The translations under genes and the position numbers were made by a program. 64,000 nucleotides of DNA from assembly GCA_037045155.1 (NCBI GenBank), contig JBAOIG010000002.1:534433-598432 (forward strand), read 5' to 3'. The notes beneath the pieces are model-generated. The model saw only the letters and a program-made list of their open reading frames with translations, was not told the DNA's origin and made no database searches. Of this stretch, positions 62,893 to 64,000 are shown in pieces; position 1 is the stretch's first letter, and each line of letters opens with the position of its first letter. This DNA is from Thermomicrobiales bacterium (lineage in GTDB: Bacteria; Chloroflexota; Chloroflexia; Thermomicrobiales; CFX8).

Positions 62893-64000
62893 TGCTCCTG
62901 CAAGCGCTTCGTGACTATTCAACCCGGCTCGACGATCTCGGGCCACCGATGTACAAGCGTACGCCGATCAAGTACGAGGTTCAGCTCGATGTCGAGGGCA
63001 ACCCGATCGGACTTGTCACACTGACTGGCGGCGAGGAGCTTCGGGCTGACCGGGGGCTTCCGATGCTTGTGCCGTTACTCGTTCGGACGAGCGGAATCAA
63101 ACCGATTTTGCTGGCCGACCGCGGCGACTATGCGCTGGGCTGGGGTGACGGCCCCCGTACTGCGCAGGCTCACCGGGGATTCATCGATCTTGTCAGCGAG
63201 TGTGCTGATACAACGGGCGAGCGAGACGTCTTCGCGGTGGTTCACTATCTCGCTCAACCCGATGAATTGCGCATTCCGATGCCAGCGGACGCCGACCCAC
63301 AGGCCAACGTCACGTTCAGTGTCGAGGGGCGGTGGCCGATTGACTCACCGGCAGTCCGCGCCTTCTGGGCTATGAAAGCCGACCGGTCAGCGTCGGCTGG
63401 TGACGGCGAGACCATGATGGAATGTATCGTCTGCGGGGAACGTCGCCCGCCACTACGTCGGATGCCGATCATGATCAAAGGGCTGGGGCCCGTCGGCGGT
63501 CAGTCGAGTGGCGCTGCTCTCGTCTCGGCGAACGTGGACGTCTTCGAATCGTTCCATCTCAAGAACAACCATATCGCGCCGATGTGCAGTGACTGCGCGG
63601 AGCGCGTCTCGAAAGCGCTCAATGCACTCATCGAAGACGAATCGTCGCGTCTTTACCTCGGGCGCGTCCTGTATGTCTTCTGGACGCGAGAGCCGACGTC
63701 GTTTGCCTGGGGTACGCTCCTTTCCCGGGCTGACCCAGGGCAGGTCGAGGCGCTCCTGACGGCAGCATATCGTGGCAGGTCTGGGGCGATGACGCTTGAT
63801 GCGACCGCGTTCTACTGCGTCGGGCTCTCGGGCAGTGGCGGGCGCGTCGCCGTGCGGGGCTGGATCGACACCACCGTCTCAGAGGCAAGCCAGAATCTCG
63901 CCCGTTACTTCGCGCTCCAAAGGCTCGTGGATATCCGTTCCAGCGACCAACGCTACTTTGGCATTCGCTCGTTGGCCGATGCAACGATCCGTGAGGGGAG
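62892..64000 (+). CDS. cas8c: Cas8c/Csd1 (type I-C large subunit), 5' part, open to the window end (not in the ORF track)
   Basis: ATG 62892 overlaps the cas5c stop (ATGA). MLLQALRDYSTRLDD...LVPLLVRTSGIKPILLADR...CIVCGE...LVSANVDVFESF is the typical Csd1 N-terminal pattern. No stop codon through 64000. Confidence 0.85.
   Translation, partial: MLLQALRDYSTRLDDLGPPMYKRTPIKYEVQLDVEGNPIGLVTLTGGEELRADRGLPMLVPLLVRTSGIKPILLADRGDYALGWGDGPRTAQAHRGFIDLVSECADTTGERDVFAVVHYLAQPDELRIPMPADADPQANVTFSVEGRWPIDSPAVRAFWAMKADRSASAGDGETMMECIVCGERRPPLRRMPIMIKGLGPVGGQSSGAALVSANVDVFESFHLKNNHIAPMCSDCAERVSKALNALIEDESSRLYLGRVLYVFWTREPTSFAWGTLLSRADPGQVEALLTAAYRGRSGAMTLDATAFYCVGLSGSGGRVAVRGWIDTTVSEASQNLARYFALQRLVDIRSSDQRYFGIRSLADATIREG

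Overview
High-GC bacterial chromosomal window with about 60 protein-coding genes and no rRNA, tRNA or CRISPR array. Gene content loosely resembles Chloroflexota/Thermomicrobia, but that is only a guess.

Layout, left to right:
- 1-22 kb: metE 3' end, then a mostly minus-strand housekeeping/accessory block. It holds a GNAT, a GAF protein and a compact Tat-exported multicopper oxidase. A GAF-HisKA_3 kinase and a NarL regulator are separated by two unknown exported proteins. The block also holds EamA, an M20 peptidase, a methyltransferase, a peptide-type SBP, a DsbA-like protein, HicB, Uma2 and an AceE-like ThDP enzyme.
- 22-30 kb: a decayed accessory patch. It has frameshifted M1-peptidase and nitrilase genes and an IS5-family remnant. 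An arsenic island retains arsR and arsM, but arsA is fused by deletion to the tail of arsC, and the neighbouring MFS gene is frameshifted.
- 32.3-35.9 kb: an AT-richer islet carrying a lone 989-aa SNF2 ATPase.
- 35.9-44.1 kb: argH plus a LysW-carrier amino-acid biosynthesis cluster (lysW, two ATP-grasp paralogues, lysK, lysY, lysZ, lysJ).
- 44-59 kb: mgtE, two tandem paralogous N-anchored YadA-head-like repeat proteins, a clan GH-A hydrolase, a GT39-like enzyme, rex and add.
- 60-64 kb: the start of a type I-C cas operon (cas3, frameshifted cas5c, cas8c running off the window).

Most unusual signals:
1. A family of C-arm/G-arm palindromic MITE/REP-like elements sits in nearly every intergenic gap of the LysW cluster. 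These elements donate Shine-Dalgarno sequences, start codons and stop codons, and carry short ORFs that end in start/stop overlap with the downstream gene.
2. The inverse-topology adhesin-like paralogue pair.
3. A Tyr/Trp/Cys-rich secreted mini-protein lies in an AT-rich islet inside the two-component/laccase cluster.
4. Six single-nucleotide frameshifts occur in otherwise conserved genes. Read-level checking is needed to separate assembly error from pseudogenisation.

The ORF track misses lysW (54 aa) and the window-terminal cas8c.
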